From NCBI GenBank assembly GCA_002269645.1, contig NIVC01000286.1:248001-312000 (forward strand): 64,000 nucleotides of DNA, read 5' to 3'. Source of the stretch: Macrostomum lignano (Eukaryota). Of the stretch, positions 61,631 through 64,000 are shown in pieces; position 1 is the stretch's first letter; each line of letters starts with the position of its first letter. The notes beneath the pieces were generated by a model. That model saw only the letters and a list, made by a program, of their open reading frames with translations, was not told the origin of the DNA and ran no database searches. The position numbers were made by a program, and so were the translations under genes.

Positions 61631-61794
61631 GCCGCCCATCTTATCTCTGCAGTGTTGAACATCCCAGTGCAGAGAGATAGGCTGCCTCTCCTCTTATCTC
61701 TGCAGTGTTAACCACCCCAGTGCAGAGAGATAGGCCGCCTCTCCTCCTATCTCTGCAGTGTTAACCACCCAAATGTAAAGAGATAGGCCGCCTC
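61631..61794. repeat. Three 50-53-bp tandem units, each with internal inverted arms
   Basis: Units start at 61631, 61681 and 61734; each has TATCTCTGCA..loop..(TGCAG)AGAGATAG. Confidence 0.85.
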
Positions 61795-63989
61795 ACCCAG
61801 ACTTCTGTCCACAGTTACGGGCTGGCGAGTGCGGGACGAGGACTCGCTCTCGGACTACCGTTTTATCCGCTTTTGCATTGGGCCGACCAAGCAAAAGCCT
61901 AAGGTCACTTGGAGTCGGAACGTCGGGAATACCGATTGGGCCGCCTTTGGCTCGAAGCTGAGCCACGGCCTTCGAGATCTTGACTTCCCCAGTGACCTCT
62001 GACTGCCGGGTTGTGGATGATCTCGCCTCCTCCCTGGGCGGGGCGATCACCACTGCCTATGAGGCAGCCTGCCCTCTAAAGGCCTACAAAGGCAAGAAAT
62101 CTGCTCCTTGGTGGAACCCACAGCTCGGGGTCCTTCGGCGCCGAGCCAGGACCCTCCAAAGGCGAGCGCCCAAAACCAAAGACCCATCTGATAGAGAGAC
62201 CTATACCCGTGCGATCCACGAGTTTAAGGGCCAAGTCAAAAGGGCCAAGACGGCCAAATAGCGCCAATATTGCGAAGGGCTTGAGGGTTCTCGCCCGGTA
62301 GCCCATGTGGTTAAGGCACTCACGAACGACCGTTTTTCTAAACTCTCTGTTGTGAAGAGACCTGATAGCTTGGTCACAGAGAGCTCTGAAGAGACTCTAG
62401 AGCTCATGCTCAAAAGTTTCTTCCCCAAATCTCCGACTCAGCAGTTCCGCTGCCTGGGCCTCACTCTAACTGGACTCCGCACATTCAAACTAAAGCTAAA
62501 AAAGCCCTGGCTCAGATCAGGCCCGCCTTGGGCACCACCTGGGGACTCACCCCCAGGAAGCTGTGGTGGATTTACACAATTACACTGCCATTATCCGCCC
62601 CTCGATCAGACGTTACGCCAGCCTCGTGTGGGCCAGCGGTCTGAGCGTCAAGAGCTAGCAACCTCGACGCTCCTACAAAATCCAGGGCAGGGCCTGCCGC
62701 ATGACTATGGGCGCCCCACCCTCTACTCCCTTTGCCTTCCTCTGGATATTTATGTCAAAGGAGAGGCGGCGAAGAGCACCCGGCGTCTTTTGGATGCTGG
62801 GGTGGCCTTCAAGAAAGTGCGGGCCTTTAAGAAGCGGTCGCTTATCCCGCACTCTGACCTCTGCCTCAAGGCTCTCGAGGAGTTTGGCGGGCTCAACATT
62901 CTCACGGACTCGATCCCAGCCACCCTTCTTCAAAAGTATAAGGTCACTATTCAGCCTCGACACGAGGCGAGTAACAGCTGGAGCGATTCTGAAGTCCACT
63001 GTTACACTGACGGCTCTATGAGGCATGGTCTCTCAGGCTTCGGAGCTGCGCCTTCTTCAAGGGAGAAGCGGTGTGGAGCTACTCCCAGCACACTGGGCTC
63101 AACTCCAGTGTATTTCAGAGCGAGGTGCTTGCTATCAGCTCCTGCGCGGCAGAGCTGCGCCGAAGGCAGCTCAGCGGTCGGAAATTTATTTTTCACTCTG
63201 AAAGCCAAGCAGCCCTTCGGGCCCTCCGCCGCAGCACCACCAGCTCCAAATCTGTCCTGGACTGCAACACCCAGCTCAACGGGCTGGCGCTAGGCAACCA
63301 GGTGGAGCTCAGATGGATCCTGGGCCACGCTGGTTTCCTCGGCCACGAGCGCGCTGACCTGCTGGCTCCGCCGGCGCGCTGCTGGGGCCGGGCCCGGGGG
63401 CCCCCATCCGCCTCAGTGATCAACTCCCGCGTTAAGCGCTGGACTGATTCCGAGCATCTCCGCAGGTGGCGCGACACCTGGAATTGCAGGCAATCCCGTG
63501 CGGCCGTCCCCTTCCCCTCTCCTCTCCTGCGTAGAGCCCTCCTCAGGCTCAACCGCAGATCCCTCAGAGCAGTCAGCATGGCCCTCTCCGGGCATGGCTG
63601 CTTCTCTCGCCACAGCTTCATTCAGGGCCAAGTACCCGAGGAGCGGTGCCCCTTCTGCCGCTCAGGCAGTGAAAACGCCGAGCACTTTATCTGCCACTGC
63701 CCCTGCCCGGTTTTCACCAGGGCCAGGCTCACTTACCTCGGGCCAAACCCGGTTCTTTCCGAGAGCATCCCGCCGCTCGCCCGGTACCTCAGGGACACGG
63801 GACGAGCTGATCTCTTCCCCACCGCCGGTGAGGAGGACCGCGCTGCAGGCGAGACCGACGGGTCCCCCTGAGCGACATCGCTTCGTCGGAAGCCATTGGT
63901 CGCCAGGGGCTAGCGAAATGGGCGGTCTCCTCCGCCTCCTCGCTGCATCCGCCGGACGCCGCCTGCAGCTAAGTCAAGTAAGTCAAACA
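61790..63989 (+). mobile_element. LOA/R1-type LINE, 3' half (endonuclease end, linker, RT thumb remnant, RNase H, C-terminal CCHC, tail)
   Basis: ASPRLLSTVTGWRVRDEDSLSDYRFIRF (endonuclease end), APWWN linker, TWGLTP..WIYT..IIRPS..YASLVW, RNase H YTDGS..VFQSEVLAI..SQAAL..WILGH..ERADLLA, CPFC..EHFICHC, and a TAAGTCAAG-type tail. RT catalytic core missing. Confidence 0.88.
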
Positions 63990-64000
63990 AGCTGTTGCAA

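Larger units (their letters stand above)
52687..61793. mobile_element. Decayed Polinton/Maverick (polintovirus/adintovirus-like) endogenous DNA virus, interrupted by a Gypsy element
   Basis: pPolB (+) converges on a compact minus-strand block of ATPase, adenain protease, major capsid, basic protein and penton C-terminus, with a PC4-like gene beyond the Gypsy insertion. More AT-rich than the flanking LINE. No integrase or paired TIRs seen. Confidence 0.9.

Overview
This is eukaryotic (metazoan invertebrate) genomic DNA. The gene content and the extreme density of simple repeats suggest a flatworm-type genome, but that assignment is inference only. The left ~46 kb holds four host genes: two two-exon rhodopsin-class peptide-receptor-like GPCRs (1296-3047 and 12686-17832, +), an M13/neprilysin-like peptidase encoded by one long ORF (29919-32255, -), and a four-exon two-pass membrane protein with PPxY motifs (36605-41737, +) that the ORF track does not resolve. 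These sit among more than 20 tandem arrays, many with 20-23 bp units. There is also a hAT-type MITE with an 8-bp TSD and a tRNA-derived SINE head. The right ~17 kb is a nest of mobile DNA: decayed LINE fragments (47.2-50.2 kb), then a LOA/R1-type LINE split in two (about 50.4-52.7 kb and 61.8-64.0 kb). Between its halves lies a decayed Polinton/Maverick-type endogenous DNA virus with protein-primed PolB, A32-like ATPase, adenain-like protease, major capsid, a basic core-like protein, a penton C-terminus and a PC4-like gene. That virus is itself interrupted by a 3'-truncated Gypsy LTR retrotransposon (58572-61180). Most long ORFs in the 4-44 kb part of the track are translations of tandem repeats. 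All family assignments come from recognising motifs by eye; no database search was run.
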